The translations under genes were made by a program, and so were the position numbers. A stretch of DNA of 64,000 bases from Myxococcota bacterium (GTDB taxonomy: Bacteria > Myxococcota_A > SURF-8): NCBI GenBank assembly GCA_965140415.1, contig OZ223209.1:736001-800000 (forward strand). The letters are read 5' to 3'. This document shows positions 47,331 through 57,408 of this stretch, one piece after another. Position 1 is the first letter of the stretch; every line of letters begins with the position of its first letter. Below the pieces are notes generated by a model. The model saw only the letters and a program-made list of their open reading frames with translations, was not told the DNA's origin and did no database searches.

Positions 47331-47717
47331 TCGGACCTTCTATGATGTCTAAAAGTCGTAATCTTTCCAAACACTTTACAGAAAATCGGGGAAAAGGGCA
47401 AGCGATGTCGATTGTGTGCAGCCTGCAAAAATGCAAGTGTGTGTTTACGTGCAGCGAGTAGTTTCTTGGGGTGCTTCTACTGGTTGGATACCGGTTGTTT
47501 TGTGTGCATTTGCGGAAGGAGAAATCTGCGTGCTGGTGTTTGCTGCATTTTGCGATTGAACGAACGCTTGTGTGAAAGGTTGCCGCCGTTTTCAGAATGA
47601 CGTACAATCTCTCCGGCAAATAAACAGATTTCAACAGGAAAGGGAAACGCGACGGGCAAGAAACAGAAAAAACGTAGAGAAGCGGCCAAAGCGGCGGCAG
47701 AGCAATCATCCGAATCC

Positions 47718-49391
47718 GTGCAGAACGAAATCGGTTCGAAAGCCGTATTGGAAACGTTGACCGAGCGGGCTGGACTGTTAAAGCGTCGGACTTTAATTGC
47801 CGATTTCGCCGTACTGCTTCCGCCGTTGTTACTCTTTCTGTTATTCAAAGCGTATACGCAAACTCCGGCCTCGGCGGACGAAAATATCTATGTCTATATC
47901 GGGCAAGCCGTCTGGCGGGGCGTCGTTCCCTATCGTGATGCCTTTTTGGCGCATCCGCCTTTTCATCTGTTGATCGCCGTTCTATGGATGTTGCCCGGTT
48001 ATCTGGGAGCGGCCTGGATCAAGCTGGCGGCTATCGTTCCGGCGGCAGTGAGTATGCTATTGGTTCAGACTCTATTACTGAAAAGCGGCGTTCGACATTG
48101 GATCGTGTTGCTGATCGGTTTGCTGTTGGCGGGTTCGCTGGATTTCCTTTCGGTGTCCAGCCATTTCACCGGCGCGAACTGGTCGATGCTGCTTCTGGTT
48201 CTGGGCTTATGCGCATTGATAAACAACTATCGCCGCACGGCGTCTGTTCTGCTCGCTTCGGCGATGCTGGTTTCCTTTCACATCATTCCGGCCATTGCCG
48301 GAGTCGTCGCAGCGGATCTGTTGATTCGGCGACGAGAAGCATTGAAGCTGATGTTGATGGTGGCAGGCTTTTTCATCGGCGTTCACTTTCTTTGCCTGCT
48401 TGTTTTCGGAGATCCTTATTACCAGCAGGTTTTCCAATACCATTTGATGAAAACCGCCATGAACAAAGGCGGGGCTTCTTCCATCGTTCGCTTTTTCCAT
48501 TCCGAGGCGCTGCTGGCTAGCCTGGCTGCACTGGGATTGGGTTTTTACCTGCTCCGGGTTTTCCGAGGTTACAGGCAAGAGCAGAGGCTGGTTTTGCCAT
48601 CGTCACTGTTTGCCTATGCCGCCATGGCGGCAGTGTTGCAACTGGTTGGTGTGCTGATCACCCAGCGCGTGTATACCTACTACCTGTCGCCGTTGTTGCC
48701 GCTATTCGCCATCTTGTCGGCCTGGCTGTTCGTGAAAGGCTATGCCGTCGTTTCAGATGCTGTCAAGATGCGTGGCGAATCGAAACCGATCAAGCGGCAT
48801 TTGTTTGGGGTGGGAATTAGCTTGCTGCTGCTGGCAGTCGGATTGATTGGAGGCGAAAAGCTGGAGAGCCGCATGGGCTACTATCAGCGGGAGTACGGTA
48901 CGCTGCATCGCTACGACTGGCAGGATAGTAGGGCTTTGCCGGATGTCGTCAACCGGATGGTCAAAGCGCTGGTCTACGTTCCCGAGCGGCGCATCGGCGA
49001 TGTGTACAACCCTTTCACGCGCTATCTCTGGCATGAGGTGGTTACCGAAAACCCGGCACCCTTATTACCGGCACTGATGAAAAAGGCTGAAATTCCCGGA
49101 ACGCTGTTCGGCGATGCCTCCACCGTTCCTTACTTTGCGCTGGAAAGTGGACGCGCAATCGCATTGGAGCAGGCCGATACCAACGCCCAGATCTTCAAAT
49201 CGGGAATCATTCCCATGTCGGACATGCTGGAAAGGCTGGAACAGGAACCCCCGGCTTTTCTGATACTGGCCAGGCGGCGCGGTATTGCCAGCCATCCGCA
49301 ATTCAGGGATTACGTAAAACAGCATTACCGACAATCCGGTCAGGTGAGCTTGCAAAAAGGCAAGCGCTTACAGCTTTGGGAGAGAAGGTAG
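47718..49391 (+). CDS. GT-C (ArnT/PMT-like) membrane glycosyltransferase
   Basis: DENIY..PYRDAFLAHPP after TM1; many TMs; YYLSPLLP; periplasmic C-domain. Confidence 0.75.
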   Translation: MQNEIGSKAVLETLTERAGLLKRRTLIADFAVLLPPLLLFLLFKAYTQTPASADENIYVYIGQAVWRGVVPYRDAFLAHPPFHLLIAVLWMLPGYLGAAWIKLAAIVPAAVSMLLVQTLLLKSGVRHWIVLLIGLLLAGSLDFLSVSSHFTGANWSMLLLVLGLCALINNYRRTASVLLASAMLVSFHIIPAIAGVVAADLLIRRREALKLMLMVAGFFIGVHFLCLLVFGDPYYQQVFQYHLMKTAMNKGGASSIVRFFHSEALLASLAALGLGFYLLRVFRGYRQEQRLVLPSSLFAYAAMAAVLQLVGVLITQRVYTYYLSPLLPLFAILSAWLFVKGYAVVSDAVKMRGESKPIKRHLFGVGISLLLLAVGLIGGEKLESRMGYYQREYGTLHRYDWQDSRALPDVVNRMVKALVYVPERRIGDVYNPFTRYLWHEVVTENPAPLLPALMKKAEIPGTLFGDASTVPYFALESGRAIALEQADTNAQIFKSGIIPMSDMLERLEQEPPAFLILARRRGIASHPQFRDYVKQHYRQSGQVSLQKGKRLQLWERR

Positions 49392-49395
49392 GGAG

Positions 49396-52300
49396 CTACT
49401 CGTTCTTTTCGGTCATCACTTTTTGTACCCTCTTCGCAAGCACATTGGGAGAATAAGGTTTGGGGATGAAGTTGATTCCTTCTTCCAGAATACCATGCTG
49501 TGCAATGACATCTTCTGTGTAGCCCGAGGTGAACAGTACTTTCATCTCCGGATAGATTTCCGACAGTTTTTCGGCCAGTTGCCGTCCATTCATGTTCGGC
49601 ATGACGATGTCGGTCAACAGCAAATCGATACTCGGTTTTTCGCGCTCGACGAGTTGCAGGGCGTCCTGGCCCGATTCCGCATGGTAAACCTGGAATCCCT
49701 GCTTTTTCAGAATACGAATCGCGATTTTCTTAACCATCGGTTCGTCTTCTACAATCAATACGTTGCCTTTGGCAGGTGGTAGCTCCAGTTCGACTTCCCG
49801 AACCGTTTCCACAACCTGAGCTTCTTCTTCGGCGTCCGGCAGGTAGATGCAGAATTTGGTACCGACTTCCAACTCGCTTTCAACTTCAATCGTTCCCTTG
49901 TGTTGGCTGACAATACCGAAAACGGTAGCCAAACCCAGCCCGGTACCTTCGTCGTCTCCCTTGGTCGTGAAGAAGGGCTCGAAAATCCGGTTGGTCGTTT
50001 CCTCATCCATACCGTGGCCGCTGTCTTGCACCGAAATAAAGACATATTTGCCACCATCGAGATTGAATGCCTTTTCGGCATATTCCTGCTCCAACACGGT
50101 GTTTCCGGTTTCGATGCTCAAGCGTCCGCCGTTGGGCATGGCGTCACGTGCGTTGACTAGCAGATTGACGATAACCTGTTCGATCTGGCCGGGGTCCACA
50201 CGAATTGTGGAAGTGTCAGGGCTAAGGTTCCACTCGATGTGGATGTCTTCACCGATCAACCGACTCAATAACTTTCTTAAATCGCCAAGCAGTTTATTTG
50301 GAGAGACGACCTTGGGTTCGATAATCTGCTTGCGGCTGAAAGCCAATAGCTGTCTTGTCAATGAGGCGGCCCGCTCACTGGCCTCGCCCACTTCGTTCAA
50401 GGTTTCATAAAGCGGATGATTTTCCTGCAATTCCATCAGCGCCAAAGAGACGTTTCCGGTAATGCCGGTCAACAGGTTGTTGAAGTCGTGCGCGACTCCG
50501 CCGGCCAGTCGCCCGACGGATTCCATGCGTTGCACTTGATTCAGTCTGCGCTCCAACTCCTGCTTTCGCTCTTCCTCCAGTTTGCGCTCGGTGGTGTCTT
50601 CGGTGAATCCTAAAAAGCGCGTATCGGACAACCGGATCGCTTCGATCGTCCAGTAGCGGTACTCACCCGATTTGTGAATGAACTTGTTCTCACCGCTGGC
50701 TCTTCCACTTTGAACGACCTGCATAAAGTGTTCACCGGCTGCCGCTTTGGTTTCTTCCGGCACCATATCCGGGATGCTCATCGAGCAGAGCTCTTCTTGG
50801 GAATAACCGGTCATATCGCAAGCCGCCGGATTGACTTCCAGGTACTCGCCGCGTTCGTTTGTAATAAAAACTCCATAGGGAGCGTGATCGATGTAGCTGC
50901 GCGCCCGCATCTCGCTTTCGATCAGCGACTGCTCCACCTTTTTCAATTCGGTAATGTCCTGATTGACCACGATTGCCGCCATCAATTCGCCGTTTTCGTC
51001 TAAAACCGGTGCGGTGGAATTCAAGATCGTTCGGGTCACGCCGTCGAATGCGTCGATTTCCAACAGCTCATCGGTTATGGTCACGCCATCGTTGACCGTG
51101 TGCGCCAAAGCCCAGTCTTCTGGAGCGATTTCCTCGCGCGAAGGTAGGCGACGAGCCTTGAACACATTGTAGTCGTGTTGTGAAACCAAGGGGGAGCCGC
51201 CCCATATTTTAATTCCTGTCGGGTTGCCTCGCACAAGTTTTCCAGATTTATCCGCGATCCAAAGTCCGACCGGTAGAATATCGAAGACTTTACGGAACAT
51301 GTTTTCACTTCGTTTTAAAGCGTCTTCTGTACGCTTGCGCTCCGTGATGTCCAGCATTACGCCGATCAACCCGGCGATCGAGCCGGTCGAGTCTTCAAAC
51401 GTCGATTTGAAAAATGCCACATCGCGAATGGTTCCACCTTTAGCAGGCATCTGGAATTCATAATATTGTTTGCCCGGATTTTCGAACAACTCCTGGTCTT
51501 TGTCGAAATAGGTGCTGCTGTAGCGTTCCGGCCACATTTGTTGAACCGTTTTGCCGATAAGGTCGTTTCGATCGATTTCAAACAGTTCTTCGAATGCCTT
51601 ATTGCAACCCAGGTAACGGCCCTGCGTGTCTTTGTAGAACACCGGATTCGGAATGCTTTCCAGCAAGGTTTCCTGGAAGCGGGCTTGTTCCAGGATTTTG
51701 TTTTCCATTTTGCGGCGTTCGGAGATGTCCCTGAAAATTCCGAAGTGAATAGTTCCTTCTCCAACAGGAACCATGCCGCCGGAACTGATTTCGACGGGGA
51801 TCCGATGCCCGTCTTTATGAATTACCTCCCGTTCCGCAAATATCGTACCTGAAGATTGCAACGCACGCTTAAAGCCTTCCTCGTACACGTCCGGACTTTC
51901 CTGCGGATGCAATTCGGTTTGGTGCATTCCCAGTATTTCGTCCCGGGTTCTGCCAATCATCCGTTCCGCCTGCGGATTGCAATCCACCACTCTTCCGGTT
52001 TCCGGATTGGCTACAAAGATGGCGTCCTGGGCTGTCTCGAAAAGACGCCGGTAGCGTTCCTCACTCTCCTGCAATGCCGCCTGCGCCAAATGCTGTTCGC
52101 TGGTGTCGTCGTAAATGGCAACGATCTGGCCGTTGGGAAGTTTATAGACCCAGTTTTCAACCCATTGTTGGACTCGGTTGTCCTGATATTTACGGATGGA
52201 TAGGTGTCCCTTTTCTCCGGTGCGGTTCACCTGCCGGAAAACATCGAGTAAACCAAGTTCCTCGACATTCGGGAAACATTCCGTAATGGGTTTTCCGATC

Positions 52301-53337
52301 ACATCTTCTTTCTTGATGTTGCTTGCGGCCTGACCTGCGGGGTTGATATCCACGAAGAGGAAATTCTGACCGTCGTTCACCGGTTCGTAAACCGCCACGC
52401 CGTTGCTGATTGTGTTGAACAACTGCGAGAAACTGTCTTCACTTTCCTTCTGTTCCGTGATGTTGCGTCCAACACAGATGAAGGATTCGATCTTGTCCTG
52501 CTTACCGATTACGGCAGTGGCAGACCAATGCAGCCAGCACCAACCCTTTTGGGTTTTAACCCGTTCGGTGTATTGACTTTCGTATGGCGGTTGCGACAGG
52601 CGATTTTTGCTGCGTTTAATCTCTTCCTGGTTTTCTCCATAAATCAGAGGGATGAAATCGCTTCCTATTGCCTGTTTCGAATGCAGTCCGAAGGTTTTGC
52701 AATAGGAGGGACTGGCATACAGGATGTGCCAGTCGAGATCTACCTCAACCAGTAGGTCGCGTTGGTTTTCTACCAATAGCTGGTAGTGCTGGCGGCTACG
52801 CGACAATGCCTGCTCGATCTTTTTATGTTCCGTAATGTCGATAAACGTCAAGATGACTTCGGTGGGGGTGGAACTATCGTTTTCCAGAATCGGCAAAGTG
52901 TTGATCAATATCCAACGTATATCAGTATTGTCATTTGTGGTTATGCCTCGAATGATATTTTTCTGCGGAACGCCGGTTTTCAAAGAAATGGAAGAAGGGT
53001 AGTCCTCCATCGATAAGGGGAAACCTTCTTCGGTAACGATGTTCCAACTCGAACTTACTTCAGCCAGGTTCAATAATTCTTCTCTGGACAGAGAAAGAAT
53101 TTCTGCTGCTTTCTTATTAGCGAAAATGATGTTCTTGCTCGAATCCAGAACCATGATTCCGGCTTCCACAAGATCCAGCATTTCTTTGTGAATGGATGGT
53201 GTAATGGAAGGTTTTATATACTGGCGTGCCCCAAGGTCCGCTTTTTCCTTTGCAGCCTTTTTGAGATCGGCCAGTTCTTGCTTGACCGTGTGTAGTTCAG
53301 CAATCAATTGGGCTTTTGATTTTTCTTCGTCGCGCAC
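49396..53337 (-). CDS. Hybrid histidine kinase with ~7 PAS domains and a receiver domain
   Basis: Repeated PAS/PAC ends (DITE.K); GGVAHDFNNLL; NARDAM; FFTTK; LLTDIVMP receiver. Confidence 0.95.
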   Translation of the reverse strand: MRDEEKSKAQLIAELHTVKQELADLKKAAKEKADLGARQYIKPSITPSIHKEMLDLVEAGIMVLDSSKNIIFANKKAAEILSLSREELLNLAEVSSSWNIVTEEGFPLSMEDYPSSISLKTGVPQKNIIRGITTNDNTDIRWILINTLPILENDSSTPTEVILTFIDITEHKKIEQALSRSRQHYQLLVENQRDLLVEVDLDWHILYASPSYCKTFGLHSKQAIGSDFIPLIYGENQEEIKRSKNRLSQPPYESQYTERVKTQKGWCWLHWSATAVIGKQDKIESFICVGRNITEQKESEDSFSQLFNTISNGVAVYEPVNDGQNFLFVDINPAGQAASNIKKEDVIGKPITECFPNVEELGLLDVFRQVNRTGEKGHLSIRKYQDNRVQQWVENWVYKLPNGQIVAIYDDTSEQHLAQAALQESEERYRRLFETAQDAIFVANPETGRVVDCNPQAERMIGRTRDEILGMHQTELHPQESPDVYEEGFKRALQSSGTIFAEREVIHKDGHRIPVEISSGGMVPVGEGTIHFGIFRDISERRKMENKILEQARFQETLLESIPNPVFYKDTQGRYLGCNKAFEELFEIDRNDLIGKTVQQMWPERYSSTYFDKDQELFENPGKQYYEFQMPAKGGTIRDVAFFKSTFEDSTGSIAGLIGVMLDITERKRTEDALKRSENMFRKVFDILPVGLWIADKSGKLVRGNPTGIKIWGGSPLVSQHDYNVFKARRLPSREEIAPEDWALAHTVNDGVTITDELLEIDAFDGVTRTILNSTAPVLDENGELMAAIVVNQDITELKKVEQSLIESEMRARSYIDHAPYGVFITNERGEYLEVNPAACDMTGYSQEELCSMSIPDMVPEETKAAAGEHFMQVVQSGRASGENKFIHKSGEYRYWTIEAIRLSDTRFLGFTEDTTERKLEEERKQELERRLNQVQRMESVGRLAGGVAHDFNNLLTGITGNVSLALMELQENHPLYETLNEVGEASERAASLTRQLLAFSRKQIIEPKVVSPNKLLGDLRKLLSRLIGEDIHIEWNLSPDTSTIRVDPGQIEQVIVNLLVNARDAMPNGGRLSIETGNTVLEQEYAEKAFNLDGGKYVFISVQDSGHGMDEETTNRIFEPFFTTKGDDEGTGLGLATVFGIVSQHKGTIEVESELEVGTKFCIYLPDAEEEAQVVETVREVELELPPAKGNVLIVEDEPMVKKIAIRILKKQGFQVYHAESGQDALQLVEREKPSIDLLLTDIVMPNMNGRQLAEKLSEIYPEMKVLFTSGYTEDVIAQHGILEEGINFIPKPYSPNVLAKRVQKVMTEKNE

Positions 53338-53560
53338 GGTACCGCCCCTCGCAATTCCACTGGTGTAATACTACCAATATTGACTATTTAACTACCGCTA
53401 TTCTAAAGAGTATACATTGTTTTCATAGGAATAGGTAAATAAAGAAATTGAAATTGTTGTTAAACTGAATTGTAGTTGGTTTACATTAAGTAAGTTATGC
53501 TGGTTGTGTGTTCATCAAGACTAGGAATTTTCCAGTGAGTGACAATCCTCTTGCTCTTCT

Positions 53561-54562
53561 TTACTTAGCTGGTAGCCAGTTGCCGCCACGATCCTTTCGA
53601 GAAGGTGCTTGCAATGCAGGGGCCGGTTCAGTGTGCAGCCAGACATCCACAGGCAGATCGAGTTCTGCGAGCAGCTGGTTCAGTTCGTCCGCCTGCGGAT
53701 GAGGCAAGAGGTCACGCTGTGCAAGATCTTTTAATTGGGTGGCAAGTTCTCGCCGATCGTTATTACTCTGTTTTAGTATTTGTTGTGCGCACTGCATAAC
53801 AACCTCGCCGCGAACGCGCCCGCAACACCACAAATGAACCGCCAACTGAAAGGGGCTTTTGCACACGATCAGATCGCTGCCGAATTGGTGGAACCGCGCC
53901 GGTTCGGTCTGCTTGGCAAGGTAAATATAAACCTGCTGTACGCAGTCTGTGGGGTCAGGTAAGAGTTTGAACTCCTGCACGACCTCTTCCGCGAGTACTT
54001 CTGCGCATGCCTGCTCGCGCATCCGGTTTCGCAACGCTCTTTCATCCAAACGACCGGCCACGGCATCGGCGTAGATGGCGTAGACCAGCGCGTCGGCCTC
54101 CATGTCGTCTCCGATCAGAATTTCATTTATGTGCTTGCCGAAAAGACGACGCTGGTGAAACAAGGCCGCCAGTTTGTAGGGAAGCTGCTGCTTGATCCAG
54201 CGTGGACGGCGGTAGGTCAATAGCAGGCGTTGCCAGTCTTTGAAAGTGATGCCGTCGCATTGTACCCCGTCCAGCAGCATTTTACGCGTCAGGGCAGAAG
54301 CGAGTATCGGAGGGCTGGCCGTTAAAAAATAAAACGGGGTTTGTGCGGAGATGTCGCCGACACCCGCGCGCAGTCCGCGCAGAACGGAGCGCATCCCAAC
54401 GATGCCGACCTTGTCCTCTCCCCATTCGAAGGGTATTCTGGCCAATCCTTTTAAAGATTTGAAATCGGTGTCTAAATAGGTTTTATCCACATCGCAGGTG
54501 ACGACCAGGCCGTCGTAATCCGGTGGCAGGCGGCGGTGATCGTGACGAAGAAGGGGGAACAT
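53561..54562 (-). CDS. App1/lipin-like HAD phosphatase (putative phosphatidate phosphatase)
   Basis: DVDKT (DxDxT), FYFLTASP, LIGDDMEAD..Y. Confidence 0.75.
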   Translation of the reverse strand: MFPLLRHDHRRLPPDYDGLVVTCDVDKTYLDTDFKSLKGLARIPFEWGEDKVGIVGMRSVLRGLRAGVGDISAQTPFYFLTASPPILASALTRKMLLDGVQCDGITFKDWQRLLLTYRRPRWIKQQLPYKLAALFHQRRLFGKHINEILIGDDMEADALVYAIYADAVAGRLDERALRNRMREQACAEVLAEEVVQEFKLLPDPTDCVQQVYIYLAKQTEPARFHQFGSDLIVCKSPFQLAVHLWCCGRVRGEVVMQCAQQILKQSNNDRRELATQLKDLAQRDLLPHPQADELNQLLAELDLPVDVWLHTEPAPALQAPSRKDRGGNWLPAK

Positions 54563-55558
54563 TTACAGATCCTTCCCGGCTCCACCACGAGGAGCGAGCC
54601 TGGGAATCGGCAGATCAAGCCCGCTGGTGTCCAGCGTTGGATCCTGTTCCTGGCCCACTCTGGCCTGACGAATGATCTCCATGGCCTCCGGGAGCGGTTG
54701 CTTTTCGACCAACATGGCATATAGCGAGGAAAGAATCGGGGTGGCGAGTTTCTTTTTCTGAACGAAGCCGATGATCGCCTGTAGCGAGGAGTAATTCTGC
54801 GCCCAGTCCGTTTCCGGGTCGATTGGTTCTCCTCGTCCCAATCGCAATCCAAGTTGAAACCCGGCATCCGCTTCATCCTGGATGGTGGCGAACAGCAATC
54901 CAAGACCGGGAATGCCGGAGAAGGTGGTTGCCCGAGCGCCGAGCACCGCGCCGATGCGCCCCATTTCCGTAAGGCTGCGAGTCATGATCAGTGAACGTGA
55001 AGCGGCTCCCAGTTCAAGACCGGCAGCCACGCCGAAGGCCACGGTAAACAGTCCGGAGAGCGCCATTCCCATTTCCACGCCGACAAGATCCGGGTTCTCG
55101 AAAACCATCAGGTTGTCTTGACGGATGAGCAGGCGCAGTTTCTGCGCTACTTCCGGAAAGCGAGACGAGACCACCAGACCGCAGGGGTCGGTGTCGGAAA
55201 GTTGTTTCTCTACCGGACAGGCCAGCGCGCCGATTTTCTTCAAGCAGGTGGCACCGTGAATCATTTCGGAAATGCGAACGACGCGGTCCTCTTGATGTTG
55301 TATGCCTTTGACCGTATGGACGAGGCATTGATCGCCGGTAACGGAAAGGGCAATGCGCTCGATGACGTCGTGTACCTGATTCATCGGCACACACAGTACT
55401 ATAAGGGATGCATCGGCTACTACCTCGGCAGGGTCCGTCTTGTCTGTTTCTTCTCCAGTCCAATGACGAAGCGATACTCCGGCCTTTTGTGCGCATTGTG
55501 CAAGGGCCTGCCCAAGAACGTCGTTTCCCAAAACCGCCAGACTTTGCAGTGTTTGCAT
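54563..55558 (-). CDS. GpsA-like (NAD(P)H glycerol-3-phosphate dehydrogenase fold), catalytic motifs degenerate
   Basis: VKGI, DLVGVE.G, LELG..SR..TRSLTEM, TFSGIPGLG, G.RLGRG; lacks GxGxxG, ALKN, GDL and SRN. Confidence 0.75.
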   Translation of the reverse strand: MQTLQSLAVLGNDVLGQALAQCAQKAGVSLRHWTGEETDKTDPAEVVADASLIVLCVPMNQVHDVIERIALSVTGDQCLVHTVKGIQHQEDRVVRISEMIHGATCLKKIGALACPVEKQLSDTDPCGLVVSSRFPEVAQKLRLLIRQDNLMVFENPDLVGVEMGMALSGLFTVAFGVAAGLELGAASRSLIMTRSLTEMGRIGAVLGARATTFSGIPGLGLLFATIQDEADAGFQLGLRLGRGEPIDPETDWAQNYSSLQAIIGFVQKKKLATPILSSLYAMLVEKQPLPEAMEIIRQARVGQEQDPTLDTSGLDLPIPRLAPRGGAGKDL

Positions 55559-55575
55559 GTTCTCGCCTTCTTCTT

Positions 55576-57174
55576 TCAGGAGGCGATCTCTTCCAGATCG
55601 TAGCCCCACAAGCGATTGCGGTAATAATACAACAGGTTCATGTCGCCCACGAACAGGCGGTCGCCGCGTCGTTCCAATACCGGTTTGATGTGATAGGAAT
55701 CGAATAGATTCAAAGCCCGATCCACGATTTCCGTTTCATCGCCGGTGCCTGCGCCGCCGGATAGTTTCAGCCTGCCTGCTTTTTCCATGTTTCGAAGTTT
55801 GCCCGATACCCGCTTTACCATGCGGTATACCTCCACCATCGGAAGCGAGGCATCCACTGCGGCCTGCCGCAGGAAACGGTAAAAGTCGGGGTCGCGTTGA
55901 TCGCGCAGCAGGTGTTGAAACACGGTCCAGGCTAAAATGTGCGTGGAAGAGATCACGCTTTCTTTGGCGAAGGTGTCCACCACGCGCTGGCCGAGTTCCC
56001 GTGTGTACTGCATATCGCGCGGGGGATCGAAATCCGGACGACCGTTTTTCATGATATAGCGCCGAATGTCCACAACTCGTCCCTGCGGATCGAGCGAGCG
56101 GCCCTGCTCATCGACGTCGTTTCCGAACGGATCGCAAGGCTGACCGAAATTGAAAAAGATTTTGGCGTCCATCCGCACCAGGTTGCGCATAAAGGCATAG
56201 ACGCGACCAAGTTTGCTGAATTCATCGTCTTCGATGATGTAGCGCGAGCGCCCCGCCTCTTTAAGGTGGTCGGCGATCAGGGTGGAGGCTTCCAGCACCA
56301 ACTGGTAGTTGATTGTACAGGGAACGATGTATACATTCGGTTTTGCCGCTTGGCTTCGAATATTGTGGATGTAGGCGGCCAGGCCGCTTCCCATCAGTCC
56401 CAGCTTGAGTTTCCGCTCGATGGCACCGGAGCGGCAGCGTGTTCCGCCGGGAAAGAAAAGGTTGTCGTAACCCAGTTCCATGCTCACCGTGGCGTACATC
56501 TTCAACACGTCTTTGTACAGGCTATGCTTTTTACGCCGATCGACTTTGTATGCGCCAAGCCGGTGCATGAAATAACCCAGGAAACGATTGTGAAACAGAT
56601 TCAAGCCTGCTCCATAGCAGACAGGGGGCAGACCGGCCATATAAATGGCGAATCCGGCGATGATCGAGTCCAGGTTGGAGGAATGGGTGGGAACGTAAAT
56701 CAACGTTCCTTTTTTTTGAAGCTGGCAGACTTCATCTAAATGGCCGCCGAACAGAATGTTTTCCGAGACATTCGGCAGGCGCGGAAAGCGCGACACGAGT
56801 TTGATCGGGGACAAGCCGGTCAGTAGCAGTCCCATCGCCGCAGGTAGCAGGCGTGTGGAGAGTTCATAAGTAGGGACATCGAAATGACCGACGACCTCTT
56901 CCACATGCCGTCGTATGATGCTTTCCAAGAGCTTTTTCTTTTCCTGCTCGCTGCTCTTTTCATACACACGCTTGATGGAGTCCAGCCACTGGCGATCCTG
57001 TTGCGCGTTGACAGCTTGCTCGTCCTGATCCAGGCGCTGGTCTTCGTAGTAGAACACTTCGTGCACGAGATTGTCTAGGTAGGCTTCCTGGCTTTGCCGG
57101 GCCTGTTCGATCACCTGTTCATAGACGCGCCTGGTTACTTCGATCATGATGCGCTCTTTGTCTTTCGGCAACAT
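55576..57174 (-). CDS. Glycerol-3-phosphate acyltransferase (PlsB/PlsC superfamily)
   Basis: PTHSSNLD (HxxxxD), GAYKVDR, FFPGGTRCRSG, KLGL. Confidence 0.9.
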   Translation of the reverse strand: MLPKDKERIMIEVTRRVYEQVIEQARQSQEAYLDNLVHEVFYYEDQRLDQDEQAVNAQQDRQWLDSIKRVYEKSSEQEKKKLLESIIRRHVEEVVGHFDVPTYELSTRLLPAAMGLLLTGLSPIKLVSRFPRLPNVSENILFGGHLDEVCQLQKKGTLIYVPTHSSNLDSIIAGFAIYMAGLPPVCYGAGLNLFHNRFLGYFMHRLGAYKVDRRKKHSLYKDVLKMYATVSMELGYDNLFFPGGTRCRSGAIERKLKLGLMGSGLAAYIHNIRSQAAKPNVYIVPCTINYQLVLEASTLIADHLKEAGRSRYIIEDDEFSKLGRVYAFMRNLVRMDAKIFFNFGQPCDPFGNDVDEQGRSLDPQGRVVDIRRYIMKNGRPDFDPPRDMQYTRELGQRVVDTFAKESVISSTHILAWTVFQHLLRDQRDPDFYRFLRQAAVDASLPMVEVYRMVKRVSGKLRNMEKAGRLKLSGGAGTGDETEIVDRALNLFDSYHIKPVLERRGDRLFVGDMNLLYYYRNRLWGYDLEEIAS

Positions 57175-57408
57175 GAAGCACCCCGTTCCTGAAAATGGCG
57201 ATTCGCTGCCGTGTCAGAAACACAACGGCAACCGGCGTGATGATCCGCTTAATACGGTATGTCCAATAATGTCATTATTTCAGATTGTTGCGTCAATTGC
57301 AACTATCTTCCAGGAGTGTCGGGTCTTGAATCGCTGGAACCAAAAAATATGGAGCAGGACTGAGCCTGCTCCATACATAAAATCCATCCAACCCAAACCG
57401 ATTCTCGA

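Noticed and set aside
47400-47580. TGTGTG/TGCA-rich tract as a repeat array
   Set aside because: No consistent period or unit; treated as low-complexity divergent promoter DNA
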